64,000 nucleotides of DNA from a virus (lineage: Duplodnaviria > Caudoviricetes), in IMG/VR virus record IMGVR_UViG_3300013121_000016, positions 1 to 64,000 of that record, one strand, 5' to 3'. A program made the translations under genes and the position numbers. The notes under the pieces are model-generated. The model was not told the origin of the DNA. It was given only the letters and a program-made list of their open reading frames with translations, and did not search any database. Of this stretch, positions 1 through 10,233 are shown piece by piece. Each line of letters begins with the position of its first letter. Position 1 is the first letter of the stretch.

Positions 1-230
1 ATGTTTGACGGACCATCATCAAAGGTAAGGAATAGTACGCTGTCCTCGGTACATACGTGAGTTATGCAGTATTCCGGGTATCGATCTGCCTGGCTTTCAA
101 GCTCGGAGATTGCTGTCTGAGCCTTGCCCGGCGGTTGTGGAGTGAGTACCTTATTCGTGCAGTTTGATGATGGACTGATGACATCGCATGCGGCCAAAAG
201 AAAGGAAAGAGAAAAGATCAAGTAACGCAT
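1..230 (-). CDS. Lipoprotein with polysaccharide deacetylase (CE4/NodB) domain, partial (runs off window edge)
   Basis: Hand translation from ATG 230: MRYLIFSLSFLLAAC (lipobox) ... VLFLTFDDGPSN; TFDDGP is CE4 motif 1. Not in ORF track. Confidence 0.75.
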   Translation of the reverse strand, partial: MRYLIFSLSFLLAACDVISPSSNCTNKVLTPQPPGKAQTAISELESQADRYPEYCITHVCTEDSVLFLTFDDGPSN

Positions 231-237
231 TTTGTTT

Positions 238-1260
238 TTAATTGAATGAACGAAATAATACTTCCCCAGAGTTTTCGTATACGCTCTTAGGAAGATTCCA
301 ATAGTCATTGTCTTTATGCCATTTGTAAGCACGGATGAGGTCATTGATTCCAGGGTAGTACTTACCTCTGGAGCGGCCTCCTTCTATTCCGCATATTCGA
401 TCATATGGATCGGTGCGGTAGATCATAGCAGGCGTATAAGAGTCGGGCTTTGTTTCACAGACTATAAAGACAAAGTCCAGAACGGCGTAGCCATCGTTAA
501 TTAATTCTACGAGGGGAGAGGCGGCTGAGTGGACAGCCACGTCGTATCAGGCCGCCTGCCGGTAATAGCCGAATCCAGTGAAGCTAGATTCGAATTCTAA
601 AACCGATTTCCCCGTAGTCTTAAGATCAAAGGGTTGGATGGTGCGAGCTTCGTGATCAATGAGAACTCCATCTAAGAAAGCTTTACATTCATACACTTCA
701 TTGTCTAGCACGTAATCAAACTCAATCCTTACTTGGTGTAGCAGCGTAGTCCCAGGTTGCTCAAAAAAGTACTTCCTACAAAACTCATTAGCCAAAATCA
801 AATCCTTACATTTCAATGCCTGGTAGTACTCGTCTTTAGATAACGCGATCTTGTCGTCGGGTGTATCTTTAAGTCAAGTGTAGTACGCACTGTTCTTCTC
901 ATTTGACCACAGCTGCTCGACCACCCATCCCAAGCTCTTTTTATATCCTGCTTTTTGGTAAGCTTCTTCGTACAGGTCTAGCGGGCTTTCAGGATCTAAA
1001 CCAGCCGGTAAGTGTACAATGAATTTGTACATCATTCCGTAAGGCTTATATACGTCACCCACTATAAATAAATCATCCCATTTGTCGGGGGTTGTTAACA
1101 GGCAATCAACAGCTGACCCCAGGCGTAAATGCACCTTATCTTCGTCTTCAAAGAGCTCAGGCTCAGTAATTCGCAAGTAGGCTAGCCTGGGGTTCAGCAT
1201 GTTTGAAAGTCACGAGTGACTCAGTTTCTTACTGTCGGTGTAGTCTTTAAAGTTTTTCAT
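238..1260 (-). CDS. PD-(D/E)XK exonuclease (RecE/ExoVIII-like), 340 aa with 3 TGA=Trp
   Basis: Track ORFs 874-1200, 547-816 and 238-540 are one frame, joined by TGA at 1210, 874 and 547. Gives CKAFLD...FDLKTT...YYRQAA[W]Y, with Trp in the QAAWY motif. Confidence 0.85.
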
Positions 1261-1498
1261 GTAGTTGATCTTCTGGTACTTCTTCGGGGACTTCTTCGTC
1301 TTCAGGATAAATAATGGGAACAAGTGCAGCTTCAATATTATCTACCAGGGTGTCTGCACTTGTAGATGCGAATTCTCTCATGCTATCTCGCTCGGGGTGA
1401 TCCTGTACAAGCATGTACAAGCTGGCCATTTTCTTGAAGCCGACGAGAATTTCATCGTTGATCTCCCTTACTTGTTTTTTAAATTCTTCGATTGTCAT
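1247..1498 (-). CDS. Hypothetical protein with acidic tail (83 aa)
   Basis: ATG 1498 overlaps the upstream TAA (TAATG); MTIEEFKKQVRE... Confidence 0.6.
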   Translation of the reverse strand: MTIEEFKKQVREINDEILVGFKKMASLYMLVQDHPERDSMREFASTSADTLVDNIEAALVPIIYPEDEEVPEEVPEDQLHEKL

Positions 1499-1884
1499 TA
1501 TAATCCTTTTATGATGTTGATGGAAAATTCTAGCTCTTTGTGATTTTGAGGTAGGAACAAATAAAACTTTTTCTTGTCGAGTAGGGCTTTCAGCATCTTT
1601 CATTTAATGTTGAAGTCGGGAGTACGTACTCCTTTGGTTTCAATTATCCAGTTCTTACCGACAAAGTCAGGTGTATAGGATATCTCTCGTAAAGAGACTG
1701 AGACCTCGCTGAAAGCCTTTCGCTTTCGTTCATAAGTGACAACTCGCTTCAACTTCCTAGCGGGCTGTAAAACGATCTTATGTGGCTCATACTTGAAGTC
1801 GATCCCCTCTTCTGTAAGACGATTTCAAGCATACTCCTCAAACTTCGATTTGAAATTTGGAGTGCTTTGGTTTTTGTATTTCAT
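1498..1884 (-). CDS. T7 endonuclease I-like / Holliday junction resolvase-type nuclease, 128 aa with 2 TGA=Trp
   Basis: Absent from track. FKSKFEEYA[W]...FKYEP...ISYTPDFVG..WIIETKG.RTPDFNIK[W]KM; TGA at 1825 and 1600. Confidence 0.85.
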
Positions 1885-1895
1885 GTGAGGTATTT

Positions 1896-1938
1896 AAAAA
1901 TGGACGGTCACCCGAGCTCGTTTGCCCAGGTGCCGTCC
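1896..1938 (-). terminator. Hairpin plus U-tract (putative intrinsic terminator), preceded by a second hairpin at 1946-1967
   Basis: GGACGG..CCGTCC stem followed by ATTTTT on the minus strand. Confidence 0.5.
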
Positions 1939-1972
1939 TCTCCCCGGGGGCCGTTTCAATTACCCCCGTAAT

Positions 1973-2692
1973 TCATTTAGCTTGATTCACCTTGCGGCGC
2001 AGGAGTGCTTTGAGCACTTCAAGCGTGTGTTGGTTTACGCCAGTGGTAGCATTGGTTACGTACCACTCATCACCAGAGAATTCCACGGTCACATCGATAA
2101 AGTCAATGCCGAGGCTGCGGACAAATTCGGTGATCAGGACCTCTACCTGGCTGATGTTCAGCAGGCCCTTCGACAGCGGGTTCGCGAACTGCTTGTCAAA
2201 GATGAAGTCGCGTTTTTCACCGCCGATCTCTACACCAGTAGCATTACCTGCCAGGACGTTGACCCCATACATGCAGTCATTGTCTTGCTCATAGAAAATA
2301 CTTTTCAGCCAGTCTTCCTCGCGTCTTGCGAGAGCGTACAGGCTGGCGTGGTTCTCAAGCTTGGTGGATGATGCGGGCGACCGATGTACTATCGTCTGCT
2401 TATTGAGATCGAACGCCTTCTCGAACTTAGAGAGGTCAAGCATGCCCTTCGATATGAGTTCCTCCCCACTTCTGAAGGGCGGTACCGGAACAGCCGCTTT
2501 TTGTAACTGCCGCATCAGCCGACCCTTGTCCTTACAGAGCTCGACCACCTCATTAGAGTTGACCGAAATGCCCTTTCGGAGTTTGGGACGGATTGTGTCG
2601 CCTCCCGCAAAGTTCAATTGCTTGGCGTATTCACCCAAGGCGGCACTACCTCCGAGCAGGGAGGAGGTCGCTGAATCTACTAAAACTTTCAT
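1973..2692 (-). CDS. Divergent ATP-grasp (RimK-like) protein, catalytic residues apparently degenerate
   Basis: NSNEVVELCKDK...LQKAAVPVP and SLGIDFIDVTV..DEWYVTNA match the RimK layout but lack D and ExN. Confidence 0.55.
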   Translation of the reverse strand: MKVLVDSATSSLLGGSAALGEYAKQLNFAGGDTIRPKLRKGISVNSNEVVELCKDKGRLMRQLQKAAVPVPPFRSGEELISKGMLDLSKFEKAFDLNKQTIVHRSPASSTKLENHASLYALARREEDWLKSIFYEQDNDCMYGVNVLAGNATGVEIGGEKRDFIFDKQFANPLSKGLLNISQVEVLITEFVRSLGIDFIDVTVEFSGDEWYVTNATTGVNQHTLEVLKALLRRKVNQAK

Positions 2693-2709
2693 ATAATTAA
2701 GAATTTGAT

Positions 2710-2916
2710 TTACGCTCCATTTGACGCTCGCTTCAGGTAAATGCTGATTGCTAAGGCGAGTGGCGTGGCTTTCTGCTCTAAGCGCTTTACACATAGGCCA
2801 GTCGCGTGTGGTCCAAGGACTGCAACTAGCACCTCTGCCATGACTGCAGCGTCTTCAGACGCGTTGTCTTCTACGGCACGCGCCAAACAATACAACATAT
2901 TACGATATCCTACCAT
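2710..2916 (-). CDS. Hypothetical protein
   Basis: Fills the gap between UDG and ATP-grasp genes in the same orientation. Confidence 0.45.
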   Translation of the reverse strand: MVGYRNMLYCLARAVEDNASEDAAVMAEVLVAVLGPHATGLCVKRLEQKATPLALAISIYLKRASNGA

Positions 2917-3599
2917 TTGATGTTGGTATTAGTGAAATATTGAGTGTCAAAAAAACTGTTCCCGGCCAAAGGAGACGGATGCGCGCCCTGTATAATCGAA
3001 TGTGAGCTATTGGTTATGAGTCCTTCGCAAAAAGTCTGCGCTTTCTTCCCCCACTGGATGTGAATCACATTGTCCAGTGTATTTAGAGATGAAAGCAGGC
3101 TTCTTGTGAATTCCCGCCAATAGAGCAAGTGCGATCCAGCCTCGCCCCTTCTTACTGTCAAAGCAGCATTCAGAAGGAGAACACCTTGACCCGGAAGGTG
3201 TTCTAAGTAAGACAATTTATTCGCTAAACCCGCACTAGGCTTTCCCGTTTCAAGCTCAATTTTCTTGAGGATACGACGCAGGGAAGGCGATATTACGGAC
3301 TGTTTCTTAAAGTTGTCGAAAGCTAAGCCAGTAGCGGACCCATCGTGATAAGGATCCTGGCCCAGAATGACTACTTTAACCGTCTCGAAAGGACAGAGTT
3401 GTAGAGCTCGAAATACTAGCGTCTCGGGTGGGTAAATAGTAATTCCCACGTCGGTGTTCTTAGCAAGTTCGGTCTCTACGTGCAGGGTGGGCGAGACCTT
3501 ATTCACAAAGATCTCGAATGCCTCTGCAGCTCTTTCCACCCATGTAGCTCCGGCAAAGCTAGCGAGAACCGCTTTCTTTGCAGCTGATACATTTTTCAT
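2910..3599 (-). CDS. ung: Uracil-DNA glycosylase family 1
   Basis: VVILGQDPYH, GLAF, GVLLLNAALTV and HPSPL motifs; ends IKW-TAG. Confidence 0.95.
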   Translation of the reverse strand: MKNVSAAKKAVLASFAGATWVERAAEAFEIFVNKVSPTLHVETELAKNTDVGITIYPPETLVFRALQLCPFETVKVVILGQDPYHDGSATGLAFDNFKKQSVISPSLRRILKKIELETGKPSAGLANKLSYLEHLPGQGVLLLNAALTVRRGEAGSHLLYWREFTRSLLSSLNTLDNVIHIQWGKKAQTFCEGLITNSSHSIIQGAHPSPLAGNSFFDTQYFTNTNIKW

Positions 3600-4005
3600 A
3601 CTCAACGATTGTGTCAATTGTATCGGTAGCCCAGTGACAGTCTTCGATAAGGAAGAGTTTGACGGAGTCAGCTAGGCCGTCGTAGTAAAATTCAATCGAA
3701 GCTGTTTGAGCCTCGTACTCAAAGTCGCGAGAAGCGAGTGAAAAAGAAAGATACTCGTTACTAACTTCGGTAGTCGTCGCCACTACAGTCGGTGGAGTCC
3801 ACCACGTAACCTTGTGAATGACGTAATGACAATTCGCAGCGTGCATCTCTGCGACCACATGGGCCGCGACATCCTGACTGAGTTTCGTCATGGTAATAAG
3901 CTGTAAGGCTCCACCAAACAGAAGTCCTGCAAAAATCAGCAAGATATCATTGATCCATTTGGTGCCCTTAATACGGGACCACTGGTCCCTTACTTTCGTC
4001 CACAT
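3559..4005 (-). CDS. Hypothetical protein with N-terminal TM helix
   Basis: ILLIFAGLLFGGALQLI hydrophobic segment. Confidence 0.55.
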   Translation of the reverse strand: MWTKVRDQWSRIKGTKWINDILLIFAGLLFGGALQLITMTKLSQDVAAHVVAEMHAANCHYVIHKVTWWTPPTVVATTTEVSNEYLSFSLASRDFEYEAQTASIEFYYDGLADSVKLFLIEDCHWATDTIDTIVEYEKCISCKESGSR

Positions 4006-4954
4006 ATATTCTTTTCAGAATTTTCTTAACGAACTTATAGGTTTTCTTACGCTTGTGACGCAAGTAGAAATCTGATATGTCCTTAGGGCCAATAGTACTT
4101 GCGTACTTTATCCTGAAGGCAGTAGATAATTTGCGGTTTTGCTCCATCCCAGTCTCGTCATTGTCCATAAATGCCACGACGTATTTGTAGGATGCTTTTA
4201 ATTTTTTCACTACTCGTTTCACTACATCGCTCTCAACACTTACAACTTCACTATTAAAGCAGATGGCAGGGAACCCAAGTTCCCTTAGTGCCATCACGTC
4301 TTTAAGCGAAGAGGTTATAAAGACTGCTACACCCTTTTTCGCGGTTCACTCCATCCCACCGATATCTTCCGCTCCAGCGTTCCCGTACCATTTCCCTTTT
4401 CTGGAAGGGCTTAAGGGCCGGTACAGTTTTAGACGACCTGAGGGAAACGAATACACAAAGATCGGATTCGTCTTTGTTCTTCGCATATAGAGATCTCCAT
4501 TTCGATACACAGTCTTCACAGCAGAGACACCGTACTTGGTTAGCGTTTCAGCGCTTATCCCGAACTGTTGCCAGTACCACAAATCTTCGTCCATGCTCTT
4601 CTGGACTACTTCAAGTAGTACATCTTGTTCAAGATTACCTTTCCGGCGATCACTGTGCTGAGAAACGAGTGGTAATTCTCGTTGTAATATCTTCACTGCC
4701 TCCTTGTAGGAGACTTTGTATTTTTCCATGATGATGTCCATAATGGTGTAAGACTTACCTAAGGGAAAATCCCTAAAGTATAGTACACCATTACTGCCTT
4801 TCTTAAAGGCACAGGACGGGTTGTTGTCTTTTCTAAGCGGATTAGTATACAATCCTTTGCCTACCTCGATACCGAGGAAGTGGGACATAACCGCTTCTTG
4901 CCCCACTTCCTTAATCAGATCCCATGGATCCCGATGCTCGCTTGCCCTAATCAT
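3968..4954 (-). CDS. DNA primase (crAss-type, Toprim), 328 aa with 1 TGA=Trp
   Basis: NPLRKDNNPSC, KLYRP..KWYGN, ITSSLKDVMAL, MDNDETG, KDISD; two track ORFs joined by TGA 4346. Confidence 0.9.
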
Positions 4955-5228
4955 TGATTACTGGGATTTTTAAGAATTTAGTAGCCTTGTAGACTACTGC
5001 TACATGCGTGTCAATCTGATGGTAAATATCCATCTCGGTGTTCACAGCCAACCTCACTTTCGACAATCCTAACTTCTTGTCCTTTGTAGGATCGGGAGTC
5101 GCCACAGAGATCTCGCAAGAGAATGTGACGATCTCTATGTTCTTAAGGAAGGCGGTTAATGCTTCCCTGGCAGCTCGCCTTTTTTCCGGTGAGGGGTCGT
5201 CTAGTTGCTTAATTAATTGCTGTAGCAT
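4947..5228 (-). CDS. Hypothetical protein
   Basis: Operon-packed ORF; N-terminal HEAT-like DDPSPEKRRAAREAL. Confidence 0.55.
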   Translation of the reverse strand: MLQQLIKQLDDPSPEKRRAAREALTAFLKNIEIVTFSCEISVATPDPTKDKKLGLSKVRLAVNTEMDIYHQIDTHVAVVYKATKFLKIPVIND

Positions 5229-5240
5229 AATGGTATGAAT

Positions 5241-5276
5241 AAAAAAGGGGCGCTAAGCTTTTGGCCCCGCCCCTTT
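5241..5276 (-). terminator. Intrinsic terminator-like hairpin
   Basis: AAAGGGGCG..CGCCCCTTT stem with T6 on the minus strand, after the putative SSB. Confidence 0.55.
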
Positions 5277-5293
5277 AGGTGAGTGAGTGGATT

Positions 5294-5848
5294 TTACGCA
5301 AGTAATTTGGAGTCAGCTGAGAGACTGTCTTTGTTAGCCAGTTCCTCAATCTTTTCTTGTTCTTTCTTGGTAAACCTTAAAGAGGTAGGGAACCCCTTCA
5401 CGTATTTCTCCATGTAATTGTAATCCGGAACCTTTCCATACTTGTCATTCTTAGGGTCAACACTGACCTTAAGGCAGATCTCTTCGTCAATGAATTGAGA
5501 AAGAGTGTCGGCTGCAAGTTCCATGAAAGTCTGGTAATCAGGGGCTTCGAGGTTGCCTGCTTGATCTCCTAAAAAGGATCGCAGGGCAACTACTACAATG
5601 CGCACGTTCTTAGCGATTGAGCGCTCTAGTGCGTCAGATGGTGTTTCCCCTTCTTGGAGGAAAGCTGCTTGCGGTTCAAATAAGCGCTTATGTATAAAGC
5701 GTCCGTCCTTAGAGGCGAACTTTAAGTCTCACCAGCCTTGGTCATATACCAGGCCTTTGAATAAAACATCTCCTTCGTGTATTCCCACCGGAATCTTTGA
5801 GCCGCCCGTCGGTAGCTCATTCTCAAAATAAAGCTTAGCTTGTATCAT
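5294..5848 (-). CDS. Putative single-stranded DNA-binding protein, 184 aa with 1 TGA=Trp
   Basis: MIQAKLYF..IPVGIHEGDV..DQGW[W]DLKF joined across TGA 5729; lies between ERF and primase. Function is inferred from context. Confidence 0.55.
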
Positions 5849-5852
5849 CTTC

Positions 5853-6281
5853 TTAATACTTCTTATATGTGTTAGTGTATGTCTGTGCCGAAACGGTTTT
5901 ACCTGATGCTTTATTGCCATCGTCATCGTCCTCGATGTTTAATCCGAGAATTGCACCTAGCGAATAGCGGCGCATGTAGGTGATGGCTGACCCGACTGCT
6001 TGCGGATCGTTCTTTACAGGCTGCGTACTTACAGTGTCCTCTAACCACTCACCTGATTTATGCATCAAGATTGTGGTGAGGCCATTGTCACCTGAAGGAA
6101 ACTGGCAAAACGATAACCCGTTATTTGATAAGGGCTCTCTAATGGCCCTGATGATTGCACTCAAGCTTACGTAAGACGACTTAAAGAAAGGGTTCTTCGC
6201 GTCTTTTACGATAGCATCCATCTCGCCTTGGAATTTTGCGAGTGCTGTAGCGAGATTCGTAATACTCTCTGATTTCTGCAT
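5853..6281 (-). CDS. ERF-family ssDNA annealing protein
   Basis: KDAKNPFFKSSY, PQAVGSAITYMRRYSL..LG...DDDGN. Confidence 0.92.
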   Translation of the reverse strand: MQKSESITNLATALAKFQGEMDAIVKDAKNPFFKSSYVSLSAIIRAIREPLSNNGLSFCQFPSGDNGLTTILMHKSGEWLEDTVSTQPVKNDPQAVGSAITYMRRYSLGAILGLNIEDDDDGNKASGKTVSAQTYTNTYKKY

Positions 6282-7267
6282 TATAGCGTAACCTCTGTTA
6301 ATTTCCCAAACTTAAAGTCTTCAACAAGAGGTATGATTTTAGTCTCACCAAATCTTTCTTTGATTAAGTGCCAATAAACCATACTCTTGGTCTCGTCCTG
6401 TGGCCACTTCACAGGTAAACCGTTTGGAAAGCCTTCTAATTGTGGCCCGTATCTGCGCCCAATGCCACTTAAGGTGGCTGGGCGGTGTGTGATAATTACG
6501 TAATCGCTGCAAGTAAACACAGCTGATGATGCAAAGATATCATTTCTTGTTGGAAAATGCAAATTATAATTCTGCACTCTCTCACTTTTTTCGATTTCCC
6601 TGTTCATCTGTGTGAGGACAATAAAAATAACCTTCAGTCCTTCTGCAGCAAACTGCTTCTTAAGGTCCACGAACGCGCGCATCAGCTCATCTACAATGGC
6701 TTTCTCGTCGTCAGTCTGTTTACCCTTTGTAAGCAGCACGTGGTCGATTGTGACCACTAAGCCTGTGTCCTTATCCAAATGTTCTTTGGTGAATCCGCGA
6801 ATAGTTGAAACAATCTGTTCAACTGTCCCCGCATTATCAACATAGTACACTGGATCATCCTTCATCCTTCCGAGAAGCTCGCGAGCTTTCAAGAAGGTGT
6901 TTTCGTCTATAGGACTCTCTGCCGAGTACAACTCCTTAATGGACTTGTCAAGCTTAGCAGAAAGGCCTTTCGTTAGTTGATCTTCAATTAGCATCTCAAA
7001 CTCGAAGGACAAAATGAAGAACTTCTGATCCCTGTTAAGATCAATGAAATCCCTTTTAAGTTCTTCAAGAAGAGTTGATTTACCACTGCCGCTCATGCCG
7101 GCAAATGATAGAATTCTATTTCAGTCTATCCCATTCATTAGCTGCTTGTTCAGCTTAGCCTTAGAAGTGAGAAGAGACTTGACCTTGCCAGTACGTCGAT
7201 CCTCAAGAGCCTTCCAAGTTAGATTAGCTCCATGGGATATATGTCGATAATTAAGCGATTGAGTCAT
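6281..7267 (-). CDS. DnaB-like replicative helicase, 328 aa with 1 TGA=Trp
   Basis: GID[W]NRILSFAGMSGSGKS (TGA 7121, just before Walker A), FEFEM, IDH, LTQMNR. Confidence 0.9.
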
Positions 7268-7784
7268 AACTTGGTTTATCTGGAGCTTTCACATCTTTGT
7301 AAACGCCATCGGCTAAGAAGCTCGCTGGTCCCTTCATCCATCTGAAGGGAGAACCCGTAGTACTTGCCTCCATAGCAAACCGAGATATATAATTCTCGGT
7401 AGCGCTAAACAACTCATCCTCGTCAAATTGAAGGATGACCCGTTGATAGAGATTGTAGACTTTGTTCTTAGCAATCCTAAAGGAACGACCATCCGTGGTA
7501 GGTGGCCAGAGTACCCACCATTTCTCGAATTTGTCCGAGAATTTAACTAGCGGTTTATCCTCTGATTCGAGAAGGTCTGTAAGGAACGCGAGTCCTTTGT
7601 CTGTGAGCTCATGCGTGTCCCAGTAACCGAGCAGAACTAACCTTGAAAACTCTGGTGCAGTTAACTCGATCTCCAGCTCATGTTTCTCGGCCAGATCCCA
7701 CATGAAAAAAATCATATTCAGGGAAACTTGCGCGTTCCGAGCTTTCTGGACCATAGATTTTATACTGTCGGATGTGATCTTCAT
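7251..7784 (-). CDS. Putative phage replication initiator / helicase-loader-like protein
   Basis: FEKWWVLWP...WMKGPASFL resembles the FxxFWxxYP...patFL C-terminal motif of phage replication proteins; adjacent to DnaB. Confidence 0.55.
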   Translation of the reverse strand: MKITSDSIKSMVQKARNAQVSLNMIFFMWDLAEKHELEIELTAPEFSRLVLLGYWDTHELTDKGLAFLTDLLESEDKPLVKFSDKFEKWWVLWPPTTDGRSFRIAKNKVYNLYQRVILQFDEDELFSATENYISRFAMEASTTGSPFRWMKGPASFLADGVYKDVKAPDKPSYDSIA

Positions 7785-9127
7785 TTTTAAAAAACAAACT
7801 TCTTAGTTCTGGGTTTCCAATGATTACTGTCAGTGCATCCATAATGCAATCACTAATAGTATCAAATGGTCCCGCAATGTGATAATTTTTAGGTGAGCGG
7901 TTGTATCGGTGTTTGAGGATGTATTGCAGGCCAACCACATGTCCCCCGCTTTTCATCTCAAAGATAAGGAGGAAAAGTCGCCAGCCAAACTTTTTGGCTC
8001 TAAAAACTTTTTTCATTAGTTGGTTAACTTTGCGATATCCACCCGGAAGACTCTAAAGATCTCTGAAATGACATCCAAGGGCGACTGGTCGCTGAGTGGA
8101 TAGATTTCACTGCGTATGCGGTTCTTGTCCCACCTGTTCTCGATCTTGTTCCAGAACTCCAGGCGGTATAGTGCCCATATGCGTGTACCGTCATGTGAAT
8201 ACCCAACTTCGACCGTGAGCATTTGTTTCCCTTCATTTGACACAATGGGATGCTCCAGTGTTAAAATCTTAGGCATGATAGTTCGCCGCTAGAATGAATG
8301 CGTGCGAAAGCACGTTCATTCCGAGCGGGTTTTTGTACGATGGCTCAATAAGATTCCCGTCTTTCGTTTTGATGGAGCAGGAATACTGTCCTGATGCATC
8401 TAAGTATACGGTAATCTTTGCGCCATCGGCTAGTGAAATCTTACGCTGAACGCGTCTGTTGTTTATGTCTGCCATATTAGTCTAGGTCCCAGCCTGTTAA
8501 GATTGGTTTTCTTTCTTCAAATTGTAATTCTGCAACCAAAGCAGCCGCTGCTGCAACAGCATCGCTTATGTCAGCGACTTCTTCAGTAGTGCCGACCTTG
8601 CAAACTTCTTGGAGATTACGCGCCGTTACTCTGATTTTTGATTTGTCGTAGATTACAGCGTAGTAAGTTTCTTTGAAGACATGCTTCCAAATGGTAGCAT
8701 AAAAACGATCGTCCAGCGTGGCCGTGTTAATGTACTCTGCCATAAAGTATCTCTGAAACTCTCATAAATCCCATTGACACCGCATCACATATGCCTAGTA
8801 TAGCGGCAGTTCTCAAACTAAAACCGCTTGAAGGATCGTGTACGGTGCAAGAGTATTTGCTTAGCATGGTGGATCCACTGCTAAGTTCAAGGTGGACAAA
8901 CATTACTACGTTTGTCCCGGTATCTACTTTGATTGGGAAGTCAGCTTCCATAGCTCGATAAATGCTGCGCAGACACAGTCTGCAATGTTATCGTAAATAT
9001 ACGAATTGCTATTCACTGCTGGCAAATATATAACCCAATAGAATTGTGGAAATCCATGTGAATTATTTATAAGCTCATAGATATGAATTTCATTGATGCC
9101 AACTTTGATTTTAGCCAAGGGTCCCAT
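7678..9127 (-). CDS. Array of six small hypothetical proteins (7678-8016, 8016-8276, 8269-8475, 8477-8743, 8727-8951, 8924-9127)
   Basis: Abutting or overlapping starts and stops; similar beta-rich plus C-terminal helix pattern. Confidence 0.6.
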
Positions 9128-10233
9128 TACATAGTCAGGGAGGTAAAGTCGCGTCCATATTTGAGCACAACTTGCTGAACAATGTCCACGGGGTTACCGT
9201 GAATTATCATGTCTTTGGGGTGCGCATATTGCTCTTTGATTATCACCCGGACGCCCGCCTTATGTGGGTAGTACCCAATGAACGTAGTACCGAGTATTGA
9301 TACGTGGACTGGTCCACCTTCAATGCCTCCATGGCAACGTGCGCACATCTTGAGTTTGTCCCTCGATATAAAGGATTCGATCAAAAGTTTAGGTAGAAGT
9401 GTAGCATCCACCAGAAATAAGTCGGTGCAGTATTCACATTCGTGCTCATAGTACCTAGTGGTGACCGGATCAATGTCTAGGATTAGTCTTCCCCGATTTG
9501 GAGGTTCTCCGTCGTTTGCTCCGGAACCTACCAAATAAGAATAGGCGCAAGCTGGGCACATATGCTTATTAATAGAGTCGTCTTTGTATGACCCTCTGTA
9601 TTCAGCTTCGTGCGGATCGATAAAGTATATGTCACCGCAGTTAGGCACTGCGCATATGGCGATTAAGTTTGGGCCATGTGGTTGAGGTGTATCCATCTTT
9701 AGATTCAGCCCATACTCAGCATGTGCAAAAGGTACGCATTGAGACGTACAAATTCTGACATTCCCACCACTCAATTGACTAGAGTCACCTCGAACTGGGG
9801 CGCTTACTAAAAGATAATTGTCAGTCCTTTCCTTACACGCGTAACAGCAACGGCTGTTCGGGAAAGCGTAAGGATCAAGATGAATGTAATGCTGGTCGAC
9901 TGAGAGATCGAACTTACCAAACTTAGCAAGTAACTCTAGCCGGGAACGAGCGGAATCTTCAATCTGATCGAAGAGTCCTCCACGAACAGGTGGACCCAAG
10001 AGCTCAGATTCCATAAGCACTACTTCCTCAGAGCAAGGCCAGCACATATATGCTGTTGTGAAATGTGCTCCTTCTGTAGTCCCTCGTGTAGGGAAGAACA
10101 GCACAGGGAAAGACTGATTGCGCTCTTGGCAAAAAGGACATAGGTGATCTTTGTCTCCACCCGCCTTATATCTGTAGAACTCAGGGGGAAGCGCCTGGCC
10201 CTTCGAGTTAATGTATCTCTCCAGGTAATTCAT
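9127..10233 (-). CDS. Multi-CxxC zinc-finger protein (368 aa)
   Basis: Repeated CxxC pairs (CPFC, CWPC, CYAC, CPAC, CEYC, CARC). Confidence 0.7.
   Translation of the reverse strand: MNYLERYINSKGQALPPEFYRYKAGGDKDHLCPFCQERNQSFPVLFFPTRGTTEGAHFTTAYMCWPCSEEVVLMESELLGPPVRGGLFDQIEDSARSRLELLAKFGKFDLSVDQHYIHLDPYAFPNSRCCYACKERTDNYLLVSAPVRGDSSQLSGGNVRICTSQCVPFAHAEYGLNLKMDTPQPHGPNLIAICAVPNCGDIYFIDPHEAEYRGSYKDDSINKHMCPACAYSYLVGSGANDGEPPNRGRLILDIDPVTTRYYEHECEYCTDLFLVDATLLPKLLIESFISRDKLKMCARCHGGIEGGPVHVSILGTTFIGYYPHKAGVRVIIKEQYAHPKDMIIHGNPVDIVQQVVLKYGRDFTSLTM

Noticed and set aside
2910-2912. TAG recoding
   Set aside because: TAG falls at natural gene ends (UDG, portal, 4947, 11361); no gene needs TAG read-through.
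7678-7790. TGA-ending tail of ORF 7678-8016 as evidence against recoding
   Set aside because: The tail overlaps the next gene by 107 nt and follows a T-run adjacent to an out-of-frame TAA, so the true end is uncertain and uninformative.
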